Assembly: GCA_965221165.1 (NCBI GenBank)
Contig: CBDCRP010000002.1
Coordinates: 160,001-224,000 of the forward strand
From: a bacterium
GTDB lineage: Bacteria; UBA8248
Length of the DNA stretch: 64,000 bases
Direction of reading: 5' to 3'
The position numbers were made by a program, and so were the translations under genes. The notes beneath the pieces were generated by a model that worked only from the letters and a program-made list of their open reading frames with translations, ran no database searches and had not been told where the DNA came from. Positions 1 to 9,280 of this stretch are shown here, in pieces (the first letter of the stretch is position 1; every line of letters begins with the position of its first letter).

Positions 1-843
1 TTCACGCGCTCCTGGTCGAAGATGGGCTCGGCGATTTCGGTCGTGGTCGCGAGCGCGTTCATCTTCACCGGCGCGCGCTACAGCGACATATTTCTGCTCG
101 CCGTCATCCCCTACGCGATGAACATCGTGAACTTCATGAGCTATCCCAAAGAACTCGAAGGCTCGCGCGCGGCGGATACGAAAATCCCCGGCGTGTGGAG
201 TCATCTGAAAGACTCCATGCGCATGGCGTTCACCGACAAGCCGCTGCGCGGCATCCTCGTGGAATCGATGAGCTACGAGGGCACCTATAAAGTGGCGAAA
301 GACTATATTCAGCCCGTCATCCAGCAGGCCGCCCTCGGCCTGGCCCTGCTCGCCACCTGGCAGCAGCAACAGCGCGTGGCCATTCTGGTGGGCGCGGTTT
401 ATTTCGTCTTACACCTGCTCTCAAGCTTCGCCTCGCGCGGGGGACACCGCCTCGTCGCCTCCACGGGTTCCGAGGAAGCCGCCGCGAAATCGCTTTGGGG
501 CGCCACCGCCCTCATCTACGCCGCTCTCGCCTGGGGGCTCTGGACGGGCTGGGAATCCGCCGTCATCGCAGGCTTCGTCGCCCTGGCCGTGCTGCAGAAT
601 TTCTGGCGGCCCGTGCTCATCAGCCGCATCGACGCCCACAGCACGCCCGAGGCCGGCGCGACGATATTGTCCGTGGAAGCGCAGAGCAAATCTGTCCTCG
701 CCATGGGCCTCGCTCCCCTCATCGGCCTTTGCGTGGACCTGTTCGGCCTCGTCGGGATGGGCGTCATTGCGGCGCTGATCACCGCGCCCTTCGCCCTCAC
801 GAGCCTCGGCGGCACGCGCGAGAGGGCGGTTCACCATCCATAG
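1..843 (+). CDS. MFS transporter (5'-truncated by window edge)
   Basis: Frame is open from base 1; multiple hydrophobic TM segments with an MFS-like C-terminal half. Confidence 0.8.
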   Translation, partial: FTRSWSKMGSAISVVVASAFIFTGARYSDIFLLAVIPYAMNIVNFMSYPKELEGSRAADTKIPGVWSHLKDSMRMAFTDKPLRGILVESMSYEGTYKVAKDYIQPVIQQAALGLALLATWQQQQRVAILVGAVYFVLHLLSSFASRGGHRLVASTGSEEAAAKSLWGATALIYAALAWGLWTGWESAVIAGFVALAVLQNFWRPVLISRIDAHSTPEAGATILSVEAQSKSVLAMGLAPLIGLCVDLFGLVGMGVIAALITAPFALTSLGGTRERAVHHP

Positions 844-943
844 ATAGACAAATCCTCCCGAACGTCTGGATTCGCCCATAATAAAATGATAGAGCAGATG
901 CAGTGTTGCGCCTTTAGAGTCTTTATCGGGGAGAGATATACGC

Positions 944-1678
944 ATGGCCAATATATTCGATGATACCGAAAGCATGGAGGACATAGGAGCGATATACGAC
1001 AGGTTGGAGGCCAACTGCCCCGCTCCCTCCTCCACATCCAAAAAACTTTGGAAACGGCGTCATGCATGCGACATTTCTGATCGTAACAAGTCGTCTGAAA
1101 AAATACTCGAAAAAGCCGTAGCCATGCTGGCGCACAATGGGTACATGTGTGGATGGTTCAACCAGTGTCCGGCCGCCTCGGGGATTGGCGACTCATCCAG
1201 GAACAGACACCGCGACGTCGACCTCGTTTATTGGGACGAAGCAAATAGGCACGCCCGCTTGGTCGAGTTGAAAACCGGGAGCGACACTCCGCTTTATGCG
1301 CTGCGGGAGATTCTGCGTTACGGCGCGGCATACGTGTTTTGTCGAATCCACAAGGATAAACTGCTCCTACAGGATCGGCCCTTGATGGAGGCACGACACG
1401 TCTCACTCGAAGTCGCCGCCCCCGCCTTTTATTATCAAGACCATCACGACCTTGCGGGAGCGCTCGCACGGATGCGTAAATTTCTTGACGAATTTGACGC
1501 TGGCTCCAGAATCAATGGATTGACGATGTCCCTGGACGCGCTCGCCTTTCCGGAATACTTCAGCGAGTTGCCGTTCGGGAACGGGGAAGAAGTGAAGCAG
1601 AAATGTGATACCCAGCACTTGACCGCCGAAGGCCGGATAATCTGCGATGCGTTCAAAAATCTGACTTCGATTGTGTGA
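944..1678 (+). CDS. Hypothetical protein, possible PD-(D/E)xK nuclease fold
   Basis: DVDLV...LVELK motif followed by an EILRY helix; RBS GGAGAG; codon usage more AT-rich than neighbours. Confidence 0.5.
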   Translation: MANIFDDTESMEDIGAIYDRLEANCPAPSSTSKKLWKRRHACDISDRNKSSEKILEKAVAMLAHNGYMCGWFNQCPAASGIGDSSRNRHRDVDLVYWDEANRHARLVELKTGSDTPLYALREILRYGAAYVFCRIHKDKLLLQDRPLMEARHVSLEVAAPAFYYQDHHDLAGALARMRKFLDEFDAGSRINGLTMSLDALAFPEYFSELPFGNGEEVKQKCDTQHLTAEGRIICDAFKNLTSIV

Positions 1679-1683
1679 GAAAG

Positions 1684-2865
1684 ATGAGAGAAATAACAGA
1701 CCGATTACCGCGCGACACAGGGAAGCGAGAAGACTTGGACATCACCCTCGGGGTGGAGGAGGAGTTCTTTCTCGTCGATCCCGAATCGCGCGATCTCCTC
1801 GTCGACCCCGACTCCGCCATCTTCGAAGCCTGCGAGGCCGGAATCGGGCCGCACAAGGTCACGCGGGAGGTGCTTCGCCCCCAGATCGAGACGAACACCC
1901 GGGTGTGCAAGTCAGTGGCCGAGGCGCGCGAGGCGCTGCGCGAGACCCGGCGGATCGTCATCGAGGCGGCGGAGGCGCACGGAGCCGGGGTGCTGGGCTC
2001 CTCCACCCATCCCTTCGCGCAGTGGAGGGATCTGACGGTCACGCCGAAGGAGCGCTACACGCGCTTCCTGTTGACGTTCCAGGAGACCATGCGCCGCATG
2101 GTCGTCGGCGGAATGCACATCCACGCGGGCTTCGGCGACCCGGAATCGCGCATCCGGGTCATGACGGCCATCCGCCGCTACCTGCCGGCGCTCCATGCGC
2201 TCTCCACCTCCTCGCCCTTCAACGGCGGACGCGATACGGGCTATAAATCCTATCGCCTGAATCTCATCGGCAACCTTCCGCGCACCAATCTGCCCGGCCC
2301 GCTGCGCTCCCGGGCGGAGTACGAGGAAATCGTCGCCGAATACCAAAGAATGAAGTTCATCGAAAACGGCAGTGAAATATGGTGGGACGTCCGCCCCGCC
2401 CACGCCTTCCCGACGCTGGAACTTCGCATCTGCGACATCTGCCCCAGGCTCGAGGACGCCGTGAGCATCACGGCGCTCTATGCTTCATTGTTGCGGTGGC
2501 TGATGCGCCAGGACGAGGAGGGCGCGCTGCCGCCCGAGCCGCTCACCGAGATCATCGCGGAGAACCGCTGGGTCGCCCACCGCTATGGAACGCTCGCCTT
2601 CTTCGGCGATACGGCCAGCGAGAGCGGACGGGTGGACATCGACGACTTCATGCACGAACTCGTCGAGAAACTCGCCCCCGACGCCAGCGCGCTTGGGTGC
2701 GAGATGGAGCTGCGCCACACGCTCACCATCATCCGCCAAGGCAGCGGGGCGGATCGCCAGGCCGACCTCTACCGCCTGCGCCGCCTGGAGGGCGACACGG
2801 ACGAGGAGGCCCTGCGCCGAGTCGTGGACATGGTGCTCGCCGAAACCAGGGAAGGTGTTTTCTGA
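1684..2865 (+). CDS. Carboxylate-amine ligase (GCS2/YbdK family glutamate-cysteine ligase)
   Basis: TLGVEEEF, GMHIH, SSPF, WWDVRP and TLELRICD motifs. Confidence 0.9.
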   Translation: MREITDRLPRDTGKREDLDITLGVEEEFFLVDPESRDLLVDPDSAIFEACEAGIGPHKVTREVLRPQIETNTRVCKSVAEAREALRETRRIVIEAAEAHGAGVLGSSTHPFAQWRDLTVTPKERYTRFLLTFQETMRRMVVGGMHIHAGFGDPESRIRVMTAIRRYLPALHALSTSSPFNGGRDTGYKSYRLNLIGNLPRTNLPGPLRSRAEYEEIVAEYQRMKFIENGSEIWWDVRPAHAFPTLELRICDICPRLEDAVSITALYASLLRWLMRQDEEGALPPEPLTEIIAENRWVAHRYGTLAFFGDTASESGRVDIDDFMHELVEKLAPDASALGCEMELRHTLTIIRQGSGADRQADLYRLRRLEGDTDEEALRRVVDMVLAETREGVF

Positions 2866-2954
2866 GCGTCTGGCGAGAGAGCGAGGCTCAAATGATAGCT
2901 CCCCGGCGCTTTCGCCATTCGATCATGCCCCCATTCGACAACCCCCCTTTCGGT

Positions 2955-2983
2955 TTGACCCCCCAAGTGAAACAAACTAGACT
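2955..2983 (+). promoter_or_regulatory. Sigma70-like promoter of the TRAP operon
   Basis: TTGACC-N17-TAGACT upstream of dctQ. Confidence 0.55.
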
Positions 2984-3015
2984 TTATTCATCCAACAGAT
3001 AAAGTAAGGCCTGCG

Positions 3016-3543
3016 GTGACATTCCCCGCGCAAGATGGGAAGCCAAACGTGCGAAACATCGAACGAAATCTCTCATGGTTACTTCTGCTCGCGCTCACCT
3101 TGATGCTCACGGCCCAGATCATCGCGCGCTACGTTTTCTACACCTCCATCAACTGGATAGAAGAGTTTTCGCGCATCGTTTTCGTCTGGTTCATCTATCT
3201 TTCGATCAGTTGGATCATCATTCAGGGCCGGCACATACGCGTCACCGCGCTCGACATGATCCTGCCGGATTTATGGAAGTCGTCGTTCTCCATCTTCGCC
3301 GACCTCCTCTGGCTCTGCTTCAATATCGTCATGACCTACTACGGATTTCTTTTCGTCTGGAGTGAAATCGAGCATTATTCGGAAACCGACGTTCTCGAAA
3401 TTCCGGAAGCGATCGTTCACGGCATCATCCCCATCGGCTTCGCTCTCATGACGATCCGCCTCGCCTTCCACATGTACCGGGTCTACATTCTGGGCGGCCC
3501 CGAGGTTCTCTACCAAACGGAAAAACTGGACGAAGAAGTATGA
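3016..3543 (+). CDS. TRAP transporter small permease (DctQ family)
   Basis: 4 TM segments, RYVF...WIEEFSR and HIRV motifs; overlaps the start of dctM. Confidence 0.9.
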   Translation: MTFPAQDGKPNVRNIERNLSWLLLLALTLMLTAQIIARYVFYTSINWIEEFSRIVFVWFIYLSISWIIIQGRHIRVTALDMILPDLWKSSFSIFADLLWLCFNIVMTYYGFLFVWSEIEHYSETDVLEIPEAIVHGIIPIGFALMTIRLAFHMYRVYILGGPEVLYQTEKLDEEV

Positions 3544-4826
3544 ACATGCCCCTCGTTCTGCTCGGTTCGCTGGCCATCTTCCTGGCATTGCGCGTACCCA
3601 TCGGCGTCGCCCTCGGCACCGCGTCGGTCCTGGTTTACTGGCTGACGGACTTGCCGCTGGAGAGTCTCGCTCTCTCTTACTACGACGGGCTGGACAAGTT
3701 CCCCTTCATCGCCGTGCCCATGTTCCTCCTGGCGGGCGCGCTCATGGAAAAAGGGGGCATCAGCAAAAGGCTGATCTCGGTGGCCGACTGCCTGGTGGGA
3801 AACGTCCGGGGCGGCCTCGCCCATGTCACCATACTCGCGTGCATGCTTTTCTCGGCCATCTCGGGCTCCGGCCCCGCCACGACGGCCGCCGTGGGGGGAA
3901 TCATGATCCCCACCATGCTCCGCCGCCATTACGACAGAAATTACTCGGGGGCAGTATCGGCATGCGGCGGCACGCTGGGAATCCTGATTCCTCCGAGCGG
4001 AGCCCTCATCGTATACGGCGTGAGCGCGGACGAGTCCGTCACGCGCTTGTTCGTTGCGGGTTTTCTGCCCGGCATCTTGCTGGGCTGCATGCTGATGATC
4101 TGCGCCTCCTTCATGGCGCGCCACAAAACGCCGAACGAACCGGGCGAGCCATTCCACCTCACCCGCACGCTGCGCACGGTATGGGACTCCCGCTGGGCGC
4201 TGATGGCGCCGGTCGTGATTCTCGGCGGCATCTACGGCGGCTTTGTGACGCCGACGGAGAGCGCCGTCATCGCCGTGCTCTACGGCTATGCGATCGGCGC
4301 TTTCGTGTACAAGGAACTGAACTGGAAGACGACGCAGGATTGCCTGGAGGTCGCTTCACTCATCACCGGAACCATCGCTATCATCTGGGGGGCGTCGCTG
4401 GCGTATGGGGAGTTGATCACCATCCACCAGATTCCCCAGATGGTCACCGCGTTTATCAAAACCATGACGACGTCGCCCTTCCTCATCCTCATCTTGATCA
4501 GCCTCTTTCTCACTTTCGTGGGGATGTGGCTCAACACGATGGCGCAGATCATCATTCTGACGCCGCTGTTCCTCCCCGTCGTCAAGTCCGTGGGGATAGA
4601 CCCCATACACTTCGGCATCGTTTTCGTGGTGAATTGCGAGATCGGCTATCTCACGCCGCCCCTGGGCACGAGCCTGTTCGTCGCCTTAGGGATCGCGGAC
4701 ACGACGCTGGGCGCCATCGCCAAGGCCGTCCTGCCCTTCATCGCGACGATGTTCTTAGCCGTTCTCATTTTCTCGTATTTCCCCAGCATCTCCCTCATCC
4801 TGCCGAATCTGCTCTTCGGCAGATGA
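3540..4826 (+). CDS. TRAP transporter large permease (DctM family)
   Basis: FSAISGSG, GILIPPS, TPTES and TPPLG motifs; 428 aa hydrophobic. Confidence 0.95.
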   Translation: MNMPLVLLGSLAIFLALRVPIGVALGTASVLVYWLTDLPLESLALSYYDGLDKFPFIAVPMFLLAGALMEKGGISKRLISVADCLVGNVRGGLAHVTILACMLFSAISGSGPATTAAVGGIMIPTMLRRHYDRNYSGAVSACGGTLGILIPPSGALIVYGVSADESVTRLFVAGFLPGILLGCMLMICASFMARHKTPNEPGEPFHLTRTLRTVWDSRWALMAPVVILGGIYGGFVTPTESAVIAVLYGYAIGAFVYKELNWKTTQDCLEVASLITGTIAIIWGASLAYGELITIHQIPQMVTAFIKTMTTSPFLILILISLFLTFVGMWLNTMAQIIILTPLFLPVVKSVGIDPIHFGIVFVVNCEIGYLTPPLGTSLFVALGIADTTLGAIAKAVLPFIATMFLAVLIFSYFPSISLILPNLLFGR

Positions 4827-4851
4827 GGAGCAAACCCAAAGGAGGCAAGAC

Positions 4852-5862
4852 ATGCGACATCTGAAAAAAGGTTTCACCATGATCATGGGCGTCATTCTCA
4901 TCGCGGGTCTGGTCGGCATCGCCACTCCCCGGGCAGAGGCCGCCAAGTACGTCATGAAGTTCGCCCACAACAGCCCCCCGAAACCCGACATGCTCTACAC
5001 GGCAGCCGCCACGACCTTTCAGAACTACCTGCGCATCTACACCGCTGGGGAAGCCGACGTCCAGATATTCCCCTCCTCCCAACTCGGGAAGGACAGCATC
5101 GCCGCGAAGAAGGTCCAACTCGGATCGGTGCAGATGCAGACGGTCGTGACGAACAACATCTCCCGTTTCGACCGCCGGATAGACGTCTACACGCTTCCCT
5201 TCCTTTTCAAGAACTTCAGGAGCGCCGCCAAGGTGTTGAACAGCGACATCGGCATGAAGATCGCCGAGGACTACAGGAAGAAATCCGGCATCCGCATCCT
5301 GAGTTCCTGGCCGTGCTCATTCCGAAAAATGGCGAACAGCAAGCACCCCATCCTGAAGCCGTCCGACCTGGGCGACCTCCGCATGCGCATCGCCAAGAAC
5401 CCGGTCATGGTCGAGACCTACAAATCATTCGGCGGGAGCACCATCGGCATGGCGCCGACCGAGGTCTTCAGCGCCCTCGCCCAGAAGGTCGTCGACGGCC
5501 AGGACGGCGGGACGACCTGGCAGTGGTCGATGAAGTTCTACGAGGTGCAGAAGTACATGTCGGTCACCAACCATCAATTGACGGTGTGCGTGATCATCAT
5601 CAACGACAAGTACTTCAACGGACTTCCCAAGGATATCCAGAAAGGCGTCCAGAAGGCTGCGACCGACAGCACGGCATGGCTGACCGGCTATTCCGAGACT
5701 CTCGATAAAGAGCTGGTCGGCAAGTTCGAAGCCAAGGGCCTCAAAATCGATCGTCCCGACCTCAAGCCCTTCGTGGCGGCCGTGAAGCCGGTCTACAAGA
5801 AATTCGGCAAGAAGCTCGGCGGCATGACCCTCATCAACAAGATCCTCGACATGCAAAAATAG
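4852..5862 (+). CDS. TRAP substrate-binding protein (DctP family)
   Basis: Signal peptide; FPSSQLG, DLGDLRMR and ALAQKVVDG motifs. Confidence 0.92.
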   Translation: MRHLKKGFTMIMGVILIAGLVGIATPRAEAAKYVMKFAHNSPPKPDMLYTAAATTFQNYLRIYTAGEADVQIFPSSQLGKDSIAAKKVQLGSVQMQTVVTNNISRFDRRIDVYTLPFLFKNFRSAAKVLNSDIGMKIAEDYRKKSGIRILSSWPCSFRKMANSKHPILKPSDLGDLRMRIAKNPVMVETYKSFGGSTIGMAPTEVFSALAQKVVDGQDGGTTWQWSMKFYEVQKYMSVTNHQLTVCVIIINDKYFNGLPKDIQKGVQKAATDSTAWLTGYSETLDKELVGKFEAKGLKIDRPDLKPFVAAVKPVYKKFGKKLGGMTLINKILDMQK

Positions 5863-5876
5863 CGGGAACCCCTGCG

Positions 5877-5912
5877 GCGCGCGGCGGCCCGGTGTCGCCG
5901 CGCGCTTTTTTT
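5877..5912 (+). terminator. Rho-independent terminator or attenuating hairpin after dctP
   Basis: GCGCGCGGCG...CGCCGCGCGC followed by a T-tract. Confidence 0.7.
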
Positions 5913-5938
5913 CTCAAGAAAAGAAAAGGATAAGCGCA

Positions 5939-6694
5939 ATGAGCGGTTTCGAGGGGCAAAGCGCCATCGTCACGGGCGCGGCAACGGGCATCGGCGAATC
6001 CACGGCGAGAATCCTCGCCCAAAGGGGGGCTGCGGTCACCGTCATGGATTTCGACGCAGCAGGCGCCGAGGCCGTCACGAAATCCATCAACGAAAGCGGC
6101 GGCAACGCCCACCTCGCCGTGGTCGACCTCACCGATTGGGAGGCGACCCGTACCTCGGTGAACGAGGTTCACAACCGGGCAGGCGGTATTGACGTTCTCG
6201 TGCACAGCGCGGGCGGCTTTCCCAAGTACGTGGGCCTGCTCGAATGTCCCGTAGAGGCCTGGGACGGCGTGGTGGACTCGAACCTGAAATCGATGTTCTA
6301 TCTCTTGAAAGCCGTCGCCCCCCTCATGGTGGCGGCGAATTACGGGCGCTTCGTCACGCTCTCGAGCATGGCGGCGCGCAGCGGCGTGAACCCCAATCCG
6401 CCGCATTACACCGCCGCCAAGGCGGGTGTGCTCGGCCTCACCCGTCAGGCGGCGCTCGAGCTCGGCCCCCACGGCGTCACCGTGAACGCGGTCGCTCCCG
6501 CGAACGTAAATAGCCCGCGAGGCCTCGCAAACCGGACACAGGAGCGCATCGCGCATATCAAGAAATCATCGCCCATGGGCAGACTCTCAGAACCCCACGA
6601 GATAGCGGAAGCCGTGGTTTTTCTTTGCAGCAGGGAGGCGGCCTACATCACCGGCGTCACGCTCGACGTGAACGGCGGCGCCACGATGGTGTGA
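5939..6694 (+). CDS. Short-chain dehydrogenase/reductase (FabG-like SDR)
   Basis: TGAATGIG, catalytic YTAAK, ITGVTLDVNGG. Confidence 0.93.
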   Translation: MSGFEGQSAIVTGAATGIGESTARILAQRGAAVTVMDFDAAGAEAVTKSINESGGNAHLAVVDLTDWEATRTSVNEVHNRAGGIDVLVHSAGGFPKYVGLLECPVEAWDGVVDSNLKSMFYLLKAVAPLMVAANYGRFVTLSSMAARSGVNPNPPHYTAAKAGVLGLTRQAALELGPHGVTVNAVAPANVNSPRGLANRTQERIAHIKKSSPMGRLSEPHEIAEAVVFLCSREAAYITGVTLDVNGGATMV

Positions 6695-6732
6695 GGGCGC
6701 CTTGGAAGAAAACTTGGAAAACCGCGGGGGCA

Positions 6733-6915
6733 GGACAACCCAAAAGGGTTGTCCCTACGAAACCTATGGATCGTTCAATATACATGCGATTATTTCACCT
6801 GTAGGGGCCGCATACATGCGGCCCTTCCGCTCCCCTGCAAAAGGCGGGTCGCATATATACGTGGGGCAGCCCCGAGGAGTCGGTTCCGACCGGAGAGGGA
6901 GGGACTGCCACCTAC
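6733..6915. repeat. Cluster of GTAG-type REP-like palindromes
   Basis: GGACAACCC-AAAA-GGGTTGTCC-CTAC (6733-6758), GTAG-GGGCCGCAT-AC-ATGCGGCCC (6801-6824) and a degenerate inverted repeat 6861-6915 ending in CTAC; lies between convergent genes. Confidence 0.75.
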
Positions 6916-6965
6916 AGAAGGATTTACGCTTTTCGTGGATTTCCAGGGGCTTCGGGAATGCGTTT

Positions 6966-7865
6966 CTAGGTTTGTTCGAGCGCTTGTTTAACGAGGGGTA
7001 CGATTTCCGAGAATCGCTCCGCGACGAGGACGCCGGCATCTCTCAGCAGTCTTTTCTTGCCCGATGGCGCGCCCCGGCCCCGCTCGATGAGCGCGCCGGT
7101 GTGGCTCACGCTCGCGGGCGTGGGCGAGGTCTCCCAGAATTCACCGGGAATCATCGCCACCACGGGTTTCGTGAACCCGCCCGAGGCGATGAAGCGCGCC
7201 GCTTCTTCTTCCCTGTCCGTGCCCGGTTCGCCGAACATGACGACGGCGCGGGTCTCGGGGTCATCCTCGAACAGGGCGAGCATCTCCACGAATGCCGATC
7301 CGATCAGCAAATCACCGCCTAGAGCCACGTAGGTACTCTGGCCGATACCCGCCCGCGTCAGGAAAAGGCATATCTCAGCCCCCATGCCGCCGCTTCTGCT
7401 CACCACGCCCACGGGCCCGGGGCGGAACATGAGGTCGGGCACCTCGCCGCCCGTGCCGCCGAGCTTCGCCTTGCCGGGGCTCACCATGCCCTGGCTGTTG
7501 GGGCCGATGACGAACGTTCCCATCTCCGCCGCGCGCGTCAAAAGCGCGCAGGCGTCGTGGTGCGGCACGCCCTCTGCGAGAACGTGCACGGTGGGCACGC
7601 CCGCCTCGATGGCTTCCAGAGCCGCCTCGCGCACGAAGCGCGCGGGCACGAACAGCACGGAAAGATCCACCTCATGGTTCTTCAGGGCGTCGGCCACGGC
7701 GCCATAGACCGGCACGCCGCCCACCGACTCGCCCCCTTTACCGGGGGATACGCCCGCCACCACGCGGGTGCCGTAGTCCGTCATGGTGGGCAAAAGACGC
7801 CTCGCCTCGGCCCCCGTGGCTCCCTGCACGAGCACCCGGGTTTCTGAATCCAGCAAAATGCTCAA
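6966..7865 (-). CDS. Acyl-CoA synthetase alpha subunit (SucD/ACL-like)
   Basis: VLVQGATG CoA-binding fold, IGPNS, SRSGG, phospho-His motif SHTGA. Confidence 0.88.
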   Translation of the reverse strand: MSILLDSETRVLVQGATGAEARRLLPTMTDYGTRVVAGVSPGKGGESVGGVPVYGAVADALKNHEVDLSVLFVPARFVREAALEAIEAGVPTVHVLAEGVPHHDACALLTRAAEMGTFVIGPNSQGMVSPGKAKLGGTGGEVPDLMFRPGPVGVVSRSGGMGAEICLFLTRAGIGQSTYVALGGDLLIGSAFVEMLALFEDDPETRAVVMFGEPGTDREEEAARFIASGGFTKPVVAMIPGEFWETSPTPASVSHTGALIERGRGAPSGKKRLLRDAGVLVAERFSEIVPLVKQALEQT

Positions 7866-9076
7866 CTTTCATCGCTCCCGTAAACGCGCGCCACGATCCT
7901 CTTGGCCAGGTCTTCTATCGACGCCTCATCCTCGTGCCATTCCACGCCCGGAACCTCGGCGATGAGTCTTCTGGCCTCCTCCACTCCCGGACCTGCGTAG
8001 CGGATGATGACGGGAAATTTATCGTAATCTAAGTCCGCTTCCTTGAGGGCGCGCACCACGCCCGCCACTTTAATATCCACGCGCGTGAAATTGCTCACGT
8101 TCCCCGCCAGAAGCAATCCCTTGATGCCGGGTTTTGAGAGCACCGCCTTCACCGCCTGGCGCATTTTCTCCTCGTAGCGTCCGGGCGTGATGTCGAACGT
8201 GGTGGCCGGCTTGCCGCCTGAGTCCAAAAGGGCTTCGAGGCTCGAAAGTCCGTAGCCGCCTCCGGTGACCATGAAGCCGATGTCGCCGTCGAGTTCGCTG
8301 AAGCGAATCGCGCCCACGTGGGGGTCGATGGCGTCTATCTCGCGCATTCTCATTTCTAACAGGGTGAAGGGCCGCCAGCCGTTTCCGCCCTCCACGCCCA
8401 GCTTGGCCTCAAGCTCCGGGTGGCGGAAAAGCGCCTGCGCGTCGAGCTGCACCACGCCCGCGGCCGCCGCCACGCGGCCATCGGCCAGCTCCGCCAGCGG
8501 GTTCACCTCTATCATCTCGCAGTCATGGGCGCAGAAGACTCCGTACATCGCGCACACCGCGCGGCCGACCTGGCTTGCCAGATCACCCGAAAGACCTGCG
8601 CGACCCACCAGTTCGAGAGCGTCTTCGACCGTAAATCCCTCCAAGATGTTCACGGGCCATTCGAGCAGTTTGTCGGGGTGATGTTCTGCCAATTCTTCGA
8701 CGTCCACGCCGCCCTCTGCGCTGAAGAGAATGAGCGGGCATTTTCTCTTCGCATCGAAGGAGATGGAGCAGAAGATTTCGCGCTTGATGTCGAGCGCTTC
8801 CATCACGATGAATTTTTTGACGGGAAAGCGCCGCACTTCCATCCCGAGAATCGCTTCGGCGTGTTCGCGGGCCTCTGACGCCTGCGCGGCGAATTTCACC
8901 GCGCCCGCCTTGCCTCGTTTGCCGACAGGCACGAGCGCCTTGATGACGGCGCGCCCGCCCAGGCGATCGAGGGCGCGGGCGGCTTCTTCCGCCTCCGTGC
9001 AAACCTCGAAACGAGGAACGAGGAGGCCGCCTTCGCCCAGCAGCGTCAGGGAATCGTTTTCCAGAAGGCGGGACAA
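7862..9076 (-). CDS. Acyl-CoA synthetase beta subunit (SucC/ACL-like ATP-grasp)
   Basis: VIKA...GKRGKAGAV, EGGVDVE and EVNPL motifs; probable TTG start at 9076 after GGAGG. Confidence 0.88.
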   Translation of the reverse strand: MSRLLENDSLTLLGEGGLLVPRFEVCTEAEEAARALDRLGGRAVIKALVPVGKRGKAGAVKFAAQASEAREHAEAILGMEVRRFPVKKFIVMEALDIKREIFCSISFDAKRKCPLILFSAEGGVDVEELAEHHPDKLLEWPVNILEGFTVEDALELVGRAGLSGDLASQVGRAVCAMYGVFCAHDCEMIEVNPLAELADGRVAAAAGVVQLDAQALFRHPELEAKLGVEGGNGWRPFTLLEMRMREIDAIDPHVGAIRFSELDGDIGFMVTGGGYGLSSLEALLDSGGKPATTFDITPGRYEEKMRQAVKAVLSKPGIKGLLLAGNVSNFTRVDIKVAGVVRALKEADLDYDKFPVIIRYAGPGVEEARRLIAEVPGVEWHEDEASIEDLAKRIVARVYGSDES

Positions 9077-9280
9077 GTGCGGCCTCCATCCGAGGAGCGT
9101 TCGTTTTTGCGCGAAAACCTGCAAGGCGAACAATTGCTAGCATCTAGGGCTTTTGGCGTCAAGATTTGCGGGGAAAAAGCGCGAATTGGCGGATACACCG
9201 CTTGCGAAAGTATCCTGATCCGCTAGAATCATCCCATAGGTAAAACTTGTTTCTCTGTCATTTCAACGGAGGGGGATTTT

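Noticed and set aside
6702-7322. 206-aa ORF across the REP cluster
   Set aside because: It translates palindromic repeats and the antisense of the sucD-like gene; no protein features.
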